From the NCBI GenBank assembly GCA_030612095.1, contig JAUWOO010000002.1:1-36038 (forward strand): a stretch of 36,038 nt of DNA, in the 5' to 3' direction. Numbering within the stretch: the first letter of the stretch is position 1; the number at the start of each line of letters is the position of its first letter. Positions 23,079 to 32,297 of the stretch are shown in pieces. A program made the translations under genes and the position numbers. The stretch is from Thermoplasmatota archaeon (GTDB taxonomy: Archaea > Thermoplasmatota > E2 > DHVEG-1). The notes under the pieces are model-generated. The model was not told where the DNA came from. It did not search any database and saw only the letters and a program-made list of their open reading frames with translations.

Positions 23079-23330
23079 TCAAGCAGACATCATAGTTTTA
23101 TCTTTGTTTTGCTCATGTATAAGCCAAAGAGCAATGGGCATCCCTCCATTAGGATCTTGCATGACGGTTTTTGCCCAACCAGTCAAATCCTCTTCTGGTT
23201 CGTTTTTGCAACAATCTTCGCATAAAAAATGCTCATCATTAAATACCAGACCAGATAAATTTTCACTCAGTAGAATCTTACGATTGCATAAACTACATAT
23301 TCTTTCAGTCGCTTTACACCACCAAACCAA
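23079..23330 (-). CDS. Small Cys-rich hypothetical protein (putative zinc-binding)
   Basis: 83 aa with a TTG start and AAAGGA 4 nt upstream. CSLCN...(21 residues)...CEDCC cysteine arrangement. No recognisable family. Confidence 0.45.
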   Translation of the reverse strand: MVWWCKATERICSLCNRKILLSENLSGLVFNDEHFLCEDCCKNEPEEDLTGWAKTVMQDPNGGMPIALWLIHEQNKDKTMMSA

Positions 23331-23453
23331 ATTTCCTTTGACTATAATATATTCGCAATCTGTTTATAAATGCAACCCATCATAATCACCAACTGCAGAT
23401 GCTCGTTTTTGTAAGAAATTCCCAAATTTGATAAAAAATAATTACAGTAAAGG

Positions 23454-24916
23454 TGTCGTGTAACTTCTAAAACTACATAGTTTTGTAACTCCAAAATTCC
23501 ATAGTTGAGACGTTACTTGTCTGTTTTTACAGGTAGGTAATATTGTGGAAACGATTTACGATTTGGAATATGTTCAGAAGCGTTTGAAGTATGTTCTACT
23601 TATCAGAGATGGTCACATGACCATTTCTGAAGGGGCTAGAAAAGCAGGGGTTACATGGAAAACAATGAAAAGCTGGATTCATCGATACAATGAATGTGGT
23701 ATCAAAGGCCTTCTTAACAAACCACGTGGCCGTTTGAATCCAGTTCCTGGTAATATAAAGCAGATCATTGTTGATATCAAGACCGAGAATCGAAGTCGGA
23801 GTGGTAGAAAGATACGGGATATACTGCTTGAGGGGCAAGGGATATCTTTACATCGTCAGACTGTGTGGGCTGTGTTAAAAGCAGTAGGTGAAAATAAACG
23901 GGTTAAACAGACATTCAAAGTGTATCATGATTTTGAAAGATCGCGGCCTAACAGCCTGTGGCAAGTAGATTTTATGGAAGGGATAGTACTAGAGGGCGTT
24001 GGCCTGGTTTATCTGCTTGTGTTTATTGATGATCATTCAAGAAAGATCGTAGGTGCTAGATTTGTTACAGAAATGACTGAACAAAATGTACTTGAAATAC
24101 TCTGGTGGACAATCGAACAGCATGGAATACCATCGCAAATATACTCTGATCAGGGAACACAATTCAAGAGTCATTGGGGGAAGGGGCATACCAGATTTGA
24201 GAAGGTCTGCAAACGATTGGGTATAGGAACCATATTTGCTTCTGTTAGATACCCCGAGGGAAAAGGAAAGATTGAAAGATTGTTTGGATTTATTCAGGAC
24301 GACTTCCTCCCCGAATTTAGATTCATTAGTTTTGATGATATAAATCAAAAGTTCGATGAATGGGTAAAATGGTATAATGAAAAACATGAACATTCTTCAT
24401 TGTGTGGTTATCCACCCGATAGTAGATATAAGAATTTCACACCACGTATGCCTGAAGGGGATATGTTCAAAATCTTTGCTGAACATGTGACAAGAAAGGT
24501 GAGGAAGAATGCAACAATATCTCTGAATTGCAATGTTTATCCAGTAGATCCAGAATATGTGAACGAAAAAGTGAATGTACTGGTATTTGGCAATCTGGTG
24601 AGGATATATGGAAACTCAAAGCTACTTGGTGAATATGATTCGCAAGTAAATTATCGTGAAAAAATGCTGAGACGGGTCCATACACGGTTGGTCAAGAAGG
24701 ATGGGATGATAAAATTCCAGAATGAGAAATATCACATTGGAATTGAATTTGTTGGGAAAAGAGTGGATCTTGTGATAATCCGAAATCAGTTACGAGCGTT
24801 CTTGGATTCTAAGCACTTGCAAATTTTTAAATTGAGGGAACGCGATGCACTTATTGTAAAAGTAGATAGGTAATTTAAGAGTTACAAAATTGTGTAATTT
24901 AGGAAGTTACATGACA
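23454..24916 (+). mobile_element. IS481-like insertion sequence (1463 bp), intact
   Basis: Imperfect terminal inverted repeats of ~38 bp, about 32/38 matching. Left end: TGTCGTGTAACTTCTAAAACTACATAGTTTTGTAACTC. rc of right end: TGTCATGTAACTTCCTAAATTACACAATTTTGTAACTC. A 7-bp direct repeat GTAAAGG flanks the element at 23447-23453 and 24917-24923. One HTH+rve transposase ORF. Confidence 0.85.
23545..24873 (+). CDS. DDE transposase (HTH + rve integrase core), IS481 family-like
   Basis: 442 aa with a GTG start. N-terminal HTH (ISEGARKAGVTWKTMKSWIHRY). DDE core elements: WQVDFMEG, IYSDQGTQF, and YPEGKGKIERLF about 35 residues later. Confidence 0.88.
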   Translation: METIYDLEYVQKRLKYVLLIRDGHMTISEGARKAGVTWKTMKSWIHRYNECGIKGLLNKPRGRLNPVPGNIKQIIVDIKTENRSRSGRKIRDILLEGQGISLHRQTVWAVLKAVGENKRVKQTFKVYHDFERSRPNSLWQVDFMEGIVLEGVGLVYLLVFIDDHSRKIVGARFVTEMTEQNVLEILWWTIEQHGIPSQIYSDQGTQFKSHWGKGHTRFEKVCKRLGIGTIFASVRYPEGKGKIERLFGFIQDDFLPEFRFISFDDINQKFDEWVKWYNEKHEHSSLCGYPPDSRYKNFTPRMPEGDMFKIFAEHVTRKVRKNATISLNCNVYPVDPEYVNEKVNVLVFGNLVRIYGNSKLLGEYDSQVNYREKMLRRVHTRLVKKDGMIKFQNEKYHIGIEFVGKRVDLVIIRNQLRAFLDSKHLQIFKLRERDALIVKVDR

Positions 24917-25120
24917 GTAAAGGTGAAAAATGTTTTGAAAAAACACGATACATCCAGAGTTTGACCATACTAGTTGATTCATGTTCCATGTCCAAACATA
25001 GCGCTTTTCATTAATCAGCCAACTTTTCAAAGCGTTTGAAAATAGAACAAGTCATAAATTGTTATAACAAAATATCTTTTAAAGGTGATATGACATTACC
25101 TCAAATGTAGAAGGGAAACA

Positions 25121-26830
25121 ATGGATGGGAAAATTACTAGGAATATAGGAAGAACGAAGAGCATTACTAGCTTAAAAGGCAAACCAAAGATAGCTTACCT
25201 TTCCATGGAAATAGGTATCGACGAACATATACCAACATACAGCGGTGGTCTTGGCATTCTAGCTGGTGACACAATTAAATCATGTGCTGATCTTAATGTT
25301 CCCATTGTAGGCATTACGCTTCTCTGTGAGAACGGTTATTTCTACCAAAAAATAGATGAAAATGGCAATCAGATTGAACTTCCCATACAGTTTGCCGTTT
25401 CAGATCTTCTTAAGTTGCTACCAAGTACAACTAGTGTAACAATTGAAGGCAGGGAAGTAAAGCTTCGTGTTTGGTACTATCAGTTCAAAGGCATAAACGG
25501 CTACGTTGTTCCTGTTTTTTACCTTGACTCGAATATAGAAGGAAATGATGCGTGGGATATGGGACTTACAAAACACCTCTATGGCGGTGATAACAAATAC
25601 CGGCTTGCTCAAGAAATTATTCTCGGCATAGGCGGCATTCGAATGCTACAAGCACTTGGATATAAGACAATTGACAAATATCATATGAATGAGGGGCATG
25701 CCGCTCTTGGCACTCTTGAGCTCTACCGGCAACTAAAGGACGTTGAAAAAGTGCGAAAACGATGTGTATTTACCACACACACTCCTGTGGCCGCTGGTCA
25801 CGATCAATTTGAGCTTTCATATGCCAAATCAATGCTGGGCGATATACTTCCTGAGGATATTCTAGGTAATATTACATTTGAAAATAAGTTAAACATGACC
25901 CGACTTGCACTGTTTTTCAGCCATTACGTAAATGGCGTTGCAAAGAAACATGGAGAAGTATCAAGATTAATGTTTCCGGGACACTCCATAGATTCTATTA
26001 CAAATGGTGTTCATACTTCCACTTGGGTCTCAGAACCGTTCCAAAAACTTTTTGACAAACAGATACCCGGATGGCGATCTGATTCATATATGCTAAGATC
26101 CGCATTTAGCCTTGATAAAGATGAGATATGGAACGCACATATGGATGCGAAGAAAAAACTTATTAATTTTGTGAACGAAAGATATAATGCCGGCATGAAC
26201 TACAATGACTTCACAATAGGATTTGCCAGGAGACAAACCGCATATAAAAGACCCGATATGTTGATATCTGATCCAAATAGATTGACACAAATTGCAGAAA
26301 AAGCAGGACCGATACAGATAATCTACGCAGGAAAGGCACATCCCAAAGATGAATCAGGTAGGGATGCAATAAAGAAAATTTTTGAAATTATGAAAACCAT
26401 CCAGGGTAAAGTAAAGATAACCTATATACAAAACTATGACATGATGATTGGCAAAATGATGACTGCTGGCACTGACATTTGGCTTAACACGCCCAGACGA
26501 CCGCGAGAAGCTTCAGGAACTTCAGGCATGAAAGCAGCCCATAATGGAGTTCCCCAGTTTAGCACTCTTGACGGCTGGTGGCTTGAGGGACATATAGAAA
26601 ACATAACCGGTTGGGCAATAGGACCTGAAAAAACGGAAGATGAAGAATCAGATGATGAAAATGATAGAAATGACTTATACAACAAGCTTGAAACATGGAT
26701 AATACCAAAATTCTATGGCGATCGAGACAATTGGGTACGGACAATGCGGAGTTGTATTGCGATAAACGCATCATTCTTTAATACAGACAGGATGGTTCAG
26801 CAATATGTGTTAAATGCGTATTTCAGATGA
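25121..26830 (+). CDS. glgP: Alpha-glucan phosphorylase (GT35, short 'alpha-glucan family phosphorylase' type)
   Basis: 569 aa. YSGGLGILAGD near the N-terminus. The PLP-lysine motif is in PRRPREASGTSGMKAAHNG. Confidence 0.88.
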   Translation: MDGKITRNIGRTKSITSLKGKPKIAYLSMEIGIDEHIPTYSGGLGILAGDTIKSCADLNVPIVGITLLCENGYFYQKIDENGNQIELPIQFAVSDLLKLLPSTTSVTIEGREVKLRVWYYQFKGINGYVVPVFYLDSNIEGNDAWDMGLTKHLYGGDNKYRLAQEIILGIGGIRMLQALGYKTIDKYHMNEGHAALGTLELYRQLKDVEKVRKRCVFTTHTPVAAGHDQFELSYAKSMLGDILPEDILGNITFENKLNMTRLALFFSHYVNGVAKKHGEVSRLMFPGHSIDSITNGVHTSTWVSEPFQKLFDKQIPGWRSDSYMLRSAFSLDKDEIWNAHMDAKKKLINFVNERYNAGMNYNDFTIGFARRQTAYKRPDMLISDPNRLTQIAEKAGPIQIIYAGKAHPKDESGRDAIKKIFEIMKTIQGKVKITYIQNYDMMIGKMMTAGTDIWLNTPRRPREASGTSGMKAAHNGVPQFSTLDGWWLEGHIENITGWAIGPEKTEDEESDDENDRNDLYNKLETWIIPKFYGDRDNWVRTMRSCIAINASFFNTDRMVQQYVLNAYFR

Positions 26831-28675
26831 TGTAAAAATATTCTCATATTTTGGTGATATATTTTCTATATCTTCGACCCATGCTCTAAGTATTTCAGAG
26901 ACACTCCAAGTCTGCGAGATACAGCCTCTAGGCGCATATGGAGAATCTCCATCAAATATTTCATATATAGATCCATCCCAATTTTCACCGAACACATCAA
27001 ACATAGGTTTTAAAAAATTCTCAAACGCATATTCTCTACACGAAGGTTCATTATTTTTGACTTTAACAAACGCTTTAATAAATGACCCCAGTAGCCAAGG
27101 CCATACTGTCCCATTATGATATGCAACATCTCTGTTGTGATACCCAATATAATTCCCTTTATACTCTAAAGCATCTGGCGACAATGTTCGTAAGCCAAAG
27201 ATGGTGACTAGTTTCTCCTGTATGATTTCTACAATCTTTTCTTGTGATTCTTTATTTATCATGGAAAAATCAAGAGAAGTAAGAAATATCAAGTTAGGTC
27301 TTAATGACAGATCTTTGGTATCAATGACATCATATTGCTGATCGAATTGCTTGTTAAAACTTTCTTTTACCTTTTCAGAAAGATCAAAATAAATATCATC
27401 CTTGCCCAAGAACCTCGAAAGATTGCTCATTATATTTAGTGCATTATACCATAAAGCCTGAATTTCAACTGCTTTTTTCGACCGAGGCGTAGGATAATAA
27501 TCTCCAATCTTTACATCCATCCATGTAAGTCCTGGTTCGTGACTTATAAGAAAGTCATTATCCATGTGGATGCCATAATCAGTTCCATTTTTGTAACCAT
27601 CAATAATGGAACATAACGTCCCCCATACGTCCCTTAAGAAATTTAGATCATTAGTGTACTTTAGATACTGATACACTCTATCCACATACCACAGAGATGC
27701 ATCTACCGTATTGTATACTGCCTTGGAATCGCGATCCATAAACACATTTGGAATGAGGCCATTTCTACAGTATCTGCTAAAACCCAGAAGTATTTGTTTT
27801 GCATCATCAAATCTATTCGTAACAAGTGCTATACCTGGAAGTGAAATTAATGCATCTCGCCCCCAATCACTAAACCAATGATACCCAGCAACAATAGATT
27901 TACCGTCGCCTTTTTTTACAATAAAATTATCTGTTGATAAAACCAGTTTTTCAAATTTACTTGATAAGTTTGCCCGTTCAAGTAAATCTTTTTTCCTTTG
28001 GATTTCTCTTGAATATACCGTAGAGGGATTGTTATCGAATTCATCTTCGAGTGTAAAAATCAGATAGTATTCACATGAGTTATTGATTTTTTTGCAGAAA
28101 TTCCCAATAAGTAAATTATGATCCATAAATGAGTCGTTTCTTTCCGAATCTTTTTCATAATGTAACTCTTTCCAATACTCTGATGGTTCATATGCAGAAT
28201 CGCAAAGTATGATCTTAAGCTTTTTATTTATATTACTTGGACTGATACAAACACCCTGTTCAAAAACATCTTGCTTAAATGAAACAGAGCCTTGCGTAGT
28301 TATATCGTAAAAATGTCTGGAGTTTATTACAGGATTATGAAACATTGATATTGGTTTATTTGTTTTAAATTCATATTTAACAATTGTAGTGTTTCTTTCA
28401 TGAGGCATAAAAATTGTTTTTTTGATTTTTACTCCTTCAACATCATAAGAAAAAGATGGGAACATATCAAAAGTAAACCTGCATTTAAAATCATTCAAAC
28501 TGTAAAATCTATCTTCAGCCAATATTTTATCATATATATTTGACACAAAAACCCATCTTTCAGTAGGTGGATTCAGACTAGCAACCAACAGCCCATGAAA
28601 CTTCCGAGTATTGTCATTAGAATGTGTTAAAGAAGCATAGCTGCCAAGACCATTTGTAACAATCCATTCTCGCAT
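26810..28675 (-). CDS. Glycogen debranching enzyme (archaeal amylo-alpha-1,6-glucosidase, GDE_C type)
   Basis: 621 aa. VAGYHWFSDWGRDALISLPG (the WF..WGRD motif of the (alpha/alpha)6 GDE_C domain) and a C-terminal YHNGTVWPWLLG motif. Its 3' end overlaps the glgP 3' end by 21 nt in convergent orientation. Confidence 0.85.
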   Translation of the reverse strand: MREWIVTNGLGSYASLTHSNDNTRKFHGLLVASLNPPTERWVFVSNIYDKILAEDRFYSLNDFKCRFTFDMFPSFSYDVEGVKIKKTIFMPHERNTTIVKYEFKTNKPISMFHNPVINSRHFYDITTQGSVSFKQDVFEQGVCISPSNINKKLKIILCDSAYEPSEYWKELHYEKDSERNDSFMDHNLLIGNFCKKINNSCEYYLIFTLEDEFDNNPSTVYSREIQRKKDLLERANLSSKFEKLVLSTDNFIVKKGDGKSIVAGYHWFSDWGRDALISLPGIALVTNRFDDAKQILLGFSRYCRNGLIPNVFMDRDSKAVYNTVDASLWYVDRVYQYLKYTNDLNFLRDVWGTLCSIIDGYKNGTDYGIHMDNDFLISHEPGLTWMDVKIGDYYPTPRSKKAVEIQALWYNALNIMSNLSRFLGKDDIYFDLSEKVKESFNKQFDQQYDVIDTKDLSLRPNLIFLTSLDFSMINKESQEKIVEIIQEKLVTIFGLRTLSPDALEYKGNYIGYHNRDVAYHNGTVWPWLLGSFIKAFVKVKNNEPSCREYAFENFLKPMFDVFGENWDGSIYEIFDGDSPYAPRGCISQTWSVSEILRAWVEDIENISPKYENIFTSSEIRI

Positions 28676-28819
28676 AGTCTCTTATAACCTCATTTATTCA
28701 AGTTTAGGATTAGACAGGGGAATTCTTAGTTGCAAATGTGTCAAACACATCAAAGATAAATCATAGAAGTCCCCCTCACAAAAGAGAAACTGGACTCCCA
28801 TCAACTCTCCTCACCAAAT

Positions 28820-30001
28820 TTAGGATATTTTTTGCTTTAAATCCTGCAGGACATTCATATAATTAATGAAACCATCATATGGGCCATCATAATGGCTGAA
28901 ATATGCATGTACATCACCATCTTCAAGTCCCTTGGTGGAAACATAATATAGATGATCAGATGTTTGAAGTCTACGCCAAACGTTTAGTAACTCCTCATCT
29001 CCCCGTTTTTTTAATTTTTTTCCAATGTCCTTTAATTCATTGAAGCAAGCAAATTGCATATCATTCCCGAGCCAAGTAGATACATCACGATCTGCATCAG
29101 CCCATGATATAGCCCATGGAACATCAATCTCACCCACAGGTTGATACCTATCAACTGCTTCACTAACTGTAACAAAATCAAGTTGTTCGTGTTTTAGAGC
29201 CTCATTAGGTAGATGACCAAGGAAATCAAAAATCCCAGTTTCCGTCCATTGATGCTCCCCAAAAGTCTCATAATCTATGAACAAATTGATCAGGTCTCCC
29301 TCACAACGAGACATCCAACGGGCATATTTATCAGCGGTTAGGGGAAAACCCGGCCAATGACGAGACGAGAACCTGAAACCAATATCATCGCTTAAAGAAT
29401 AATTTCTCAATAAAACCTTAATGTCAGAATTAATTGGCCTATATAGGTAATTTGGTGAACGCCACCCCAATATCTTCTCCGTACCTTCCGTTATGATTCC
29501 CTTGTATCCCATTTCTCCAATTTTTTTAGCTATGCGATTATCATAAATCGCCTCTGTGTTACGGAAAACCTTTGGTTCATAGTTGAATAGTCTCTTAATC
29601 ATCTGGCGATGCATCATTATCTGTTCTTCAAATTCATCAAGATCATCATACAAACCCGATAAAGAGTGGAAATATGTTTCCTCAATCATATCAACAGCGC
29701 CTGTTGCAAATAATTTTTTAAAACTATCAATGACTGAAGGCATAAACCGTTCACAGTATTCAACAAATGTACCAGTGAGACTAAACGATATCCTGAATTT
29801 GCCATCGAATTCATTAATCAAATTAAGTAACAAATTGTTAGTAGGAAGGTAGCATTTTTTCGCTACTTTTTCAAATATCTCATGATTTAACTTATTGTTA
29901 AAATAATTAGAGGTGCCAGCATTATTACCTATATTAAAAACTGAAAAACGATTCAATCTCATCGGTTGATGAACTTCAAAATACATACATATTGAGGTCA
30001 T
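28820..30001 (-). CDS. GH57-family glycoside hydrolase (alpha-amylase-like; exact activity unresolved)
   Basis: 393 aa. MYFEVHQPMR (GH57 region 1, HQP), GAVDMIEETYFH, RNTEAIYD, and IDYETFGEH (region 4, D-x-E-x-FG). It is shorter than GH57 branching enzymes. Confidence 0.8.
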   Translation of the reverse strand: MTSICMYFEVHQPMRLNRFSVFNIGNNAGTSNYFNNKLNHEIFEKVAKKCYLPTNNLLLNLINEFDGKFRISFSLTGTFVEYCERFMPSVIDSFKKLFATGAVDMIEETYFHSLSGLYDDLDEFEEQIMMHRQMIKRLFNYEPKVFRNTEAIYDNRIAKKIGEMGYKGIITEGTEKILGWRSPNYLYRPINSDIKVLLRNYSLSDDIGFRFSSRHWPGFPLTADKYARWMSRCEGDLINLFIDYETFGEHQWTETGIFDFLGHLPNEALKHEQLDFVTVSEAVDRYQPVGEIDVPWAISWADADRDVSTWLGNDMQFACFNELKDIGKKLKKRGDEELLNVWRRLQTSDHLYYVSTKGLEDGDVHAYFSHYDGPYDGFINYMNVLQDLKQKIS

Positions 30002-30002
30002 G

Positions 30003-31118
30003 TTACATCACTCTATTGTATACGTCAATTGTTTTTTCTGCGACGCGATCCCATGTAAACAGATCTAACTCACGTTTTCCCTCTGTAGCCAATGTCTTGT
30101 GTAACGGATCATATCTCAACAAAGATATAATTTTATTTGCCATTTCATCAGTATCCCAAAAATCAACTCGTAAACAATTTTGAAAAGCCTCAGAGAAGCC
30201 AGCAGTTTTAGACGCAATAGTGGGAGTACCAGCAGAGACGGCTTCAAGAGCGGTTATGCCAAAAGGTTCACTAACAGAAGGCATAACATAAACATTAGAG
30301 ATTCTGTAAATATGTCTAACTTCTTCCTCAGTTAACAATCCAGTGAAAATAACTTTGCTAGAGATTCCCATATCAACAGCCTGGTTAATCAAACGAGGTA
30401 ACATGTCACCTGTACCGGCAACAACAAAACGGGAATCTGGCTCATATTCTAACACTTTTTTGGCAGCACGAAGGAAGAACTCGGCCCCTTTTTGAATCGT
30501 AAGTCTACCCAAAAACAATACAATCTCCTGTTTTTCGCCCTCTCCGATCGGATAAACAGCATTATAAACAACACTAATTTTATCGGGATTTATCCCATAT
30601 TTATCAACAATAACGCTTTTTGTAAAATGACTCACAGCAATAATACGATCTGCTTTTTCCATGCCTTCCCGCTCAATGTTGATAAACCAATCATTAGGGC
30701 ATATCCAACCAGAGCGATCATATTCGGTTGAATGAACACTTAGAATAAGTGGTATACCCAGCTTTTCCTTCAACGCCACACCAGCTTTCATTGTAAGCCA
30801 ATCATGACAATGAATCAAATCATAATTACCTTTTACTTTTTCAACAACCAGATCATTATATCGATATACACTTTCAAAAAACTGGCCGGCAAGTTCCTTA
30901 TCTTCAGGGCGATCATAGGGGAATATTTCAGTCTCCCCAACCTCTTTTATAACCAAATTTTTCTTACCACTGTTGCCTGCACTATGTTTAGTCTTAGGCA
31001 TATAAAAATCTACTTTTACATTTTCATCAGCAAGACTACGGGTGAGCCCATAACAATGAGTACCTAATCCACCTGCCTTAAACGGCGGATATTCCCAGCC
31101 AATCATTGCTACTTTCAT
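30003..31118 (-). CDS. glgA: Glycogen (alpha-glucan) synthase, archaeal GT-B type
   Basis: 371 aa. N-terminal K-x-GGL motif (PPFKAGGLGTH). C-terminal E-x7-E region (PSVSEPFGITALEAVSAGTPTIAS). It ends 1 nt before the GH57 gene. Confidence 0.85.
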   Translation of the reverse strand: MKVAMIGWEYPPFKAGGLGTHCYGLTRSLADENVKVDFYMPKTKHSAGNSGKKNLVIKEVGETEIFPYDRPEDKELAGQFFESVYRYNDLVVEKVKGNYDLIHCHDWLTMKAGVALKEKLGIPLILSVHSTEYDRSGWICPNDWFINIEREGMEKADRIIAVSHFTKSVIVDKYGINPDKISVVYNAVYPIGEGEKQEIVLFLGRLTIQKGAEFFLRAAKKVLEYEPDSRFVVAGTGDMLPRLINQAVDMGISSKVIFTGLLTEEEVRHIYRISNVYVMPSVSEPFGITALEAVSAGTPTIASKTAGFSEAFQNCLRVDFWDTDEMANKIISLLRYDPLHKTLATEGKRELDLFTWDRVAEKTIDVYNRVM

Positions 31119-31222
31119 TTACATACTCCATACTATTAACTAAATTAACCTTACATTCACACGGGTCATTGAATTTAGACCAATATCCATCTTTCTTCCA
31201 CCATTTATTCTTTAATCGCAAA

Positions 31223-31621
31223 TTATTTTAAATTATACATTTGTTTTTCGTTAATATATATCTTGCCTTCTTTAGCAAGCCAACCAAGTGCAGAACATGC
31301 TTCTTTCTCACCCATATCTGCCAATCGTCTTATTGTAGAAATGTTGACTTCTCCCCAAATATCCATTACTCCCCACACTATACCTGCATTATTACCAATT
31401 TCAGAAGTTAAGTTTGTAGCACCTAGCCCATAATGGACTTCATCTTCTTCAAATACCTTGTTTTCCCTAGCAAGCCAGCCTATTCCGGCATAGAACTCAT
31501 TTTCGTTGAGTTGTGTAGCTTTTAATATTTTATCTTTTTCAAGACATCTTTGTCCTTCTAAGGCAGCCCATATTTTCCCTGCACCCATTTCAAAGTTAAC
31601 TGTTAAACTCCTCACAAGCAT
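31223..31621 (-). CDS. Tandem double winged-helix protein (DUF2582-like)
   Basis: 132 aa. Two internally repeated ~55-aa units: AGKIWAALEG...YAGIGWLARENKVFEE and AGIVWGVMDI...CSALGWLAKEGKIYIN. First gene of the minus-strand glycogen gene string. The start is uncertain between 31621 and 31588. Confidence 0.65.
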   Translation of the reverse strand: MLVRSLTVNFEMGAGKIWAALEGQRCLEKDKILKATQLNENEFYAGIGWLARENKVFEEDEVHYGLGATNLTSEIGNNAGIVWGVMDIWGEVNISTIRRLADMGEKEACSALGWLAKEGKIYINEKQMYNLK

Positions 31622-32185
31622 CCTCCAATGTAAATTACGTTATGAAATACTTCAATATAAGTCTATCTAAAAAATAGAGAAAAATCAATCGTAAATTTTA
31701 TCAAATATTGTCTTAAGCAAGGAGGTAAAGTAATAAACTAGATGTAGAAAAGATGGAAATCCATAGAAAAAATTAGAGTATTTATGATAGGAAAAGCAGG
31801 GTAAAAAGTTCTCATGAAAAACAACTATTTCGACTAAAGAAAAGTTGAAAAATAAACAATCACATGGTCATTTAGACGACTACTACTTTCCAAATATCAG
31901 AGTTAATATTGTTATTCAATCATTCCAGATTATTGGTTCACGTCTATTTGGAGATATTAGGCTTAAAATTGATTTGTTCATTTTTAGTTCGATTTCAAAA
32001 AATTCATCATTCATTTCGCTCAATATTATTATAATTTATATATTTAAATATTTTTCGTACTATATTATCGGCAGGTAACGATAAAAAGTGAAAAGAGGGG
32101 TTTTAGTGAGTTGTTCATTAGCCTCTTTGCACAACGAGCTAAACAATCAAGAGCGGTCAAGCAAAAACTCCACAAGATATGAAAA

Positions 32186-32259
32186 CGGGCTTGAGGGGAT
32201 TCGAACCCCTGGCCGATCGGTTAAGAGCCGATTGCTCCACCTAGCTGAGCTACAAGCCC
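32186..32259 (-). tRNA. tRNA-Lys (anticodon CUU)
   Basis: rc = GGGCTTGTAGCTCAGCTAGGTGGAGCAATCGGCTCTTAACCGATCGGCCAGGGGTTCGAATCCCCTCAAGCCCG. Full cloverleaf, anticodon loop CTCTTAA, T-loop TTCGAAT, no encoded CCA. Confidence 0.93.
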
Positions 32260-32297
32260 AAAAATTAAGAAATCACGCCGAAAACAAATGATGCCTA

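Noticed and set aside
28736-28750. Palindrome ATGTGT-CAA-ACACAT between the GH57 and debranching-enzyme genes, considered as a TrmB/TGM-like sugar operator
   Set aside because: It has only 6-bp arms and occurs once. It does not match the Thermococcales TATCAC-N5-GTGATA motif. It could equally be a chance palindrome or a weak hairpin.
31845-32078. 77-aa plus-strand ORF in the AT-rich spacer
   Set aside because: Its composition (runs of I, F, K, N, S) is driven by A+T bias. It has no RBS and no motif, and it is the sort of ORF expected by chance in such AT-rich DNA.
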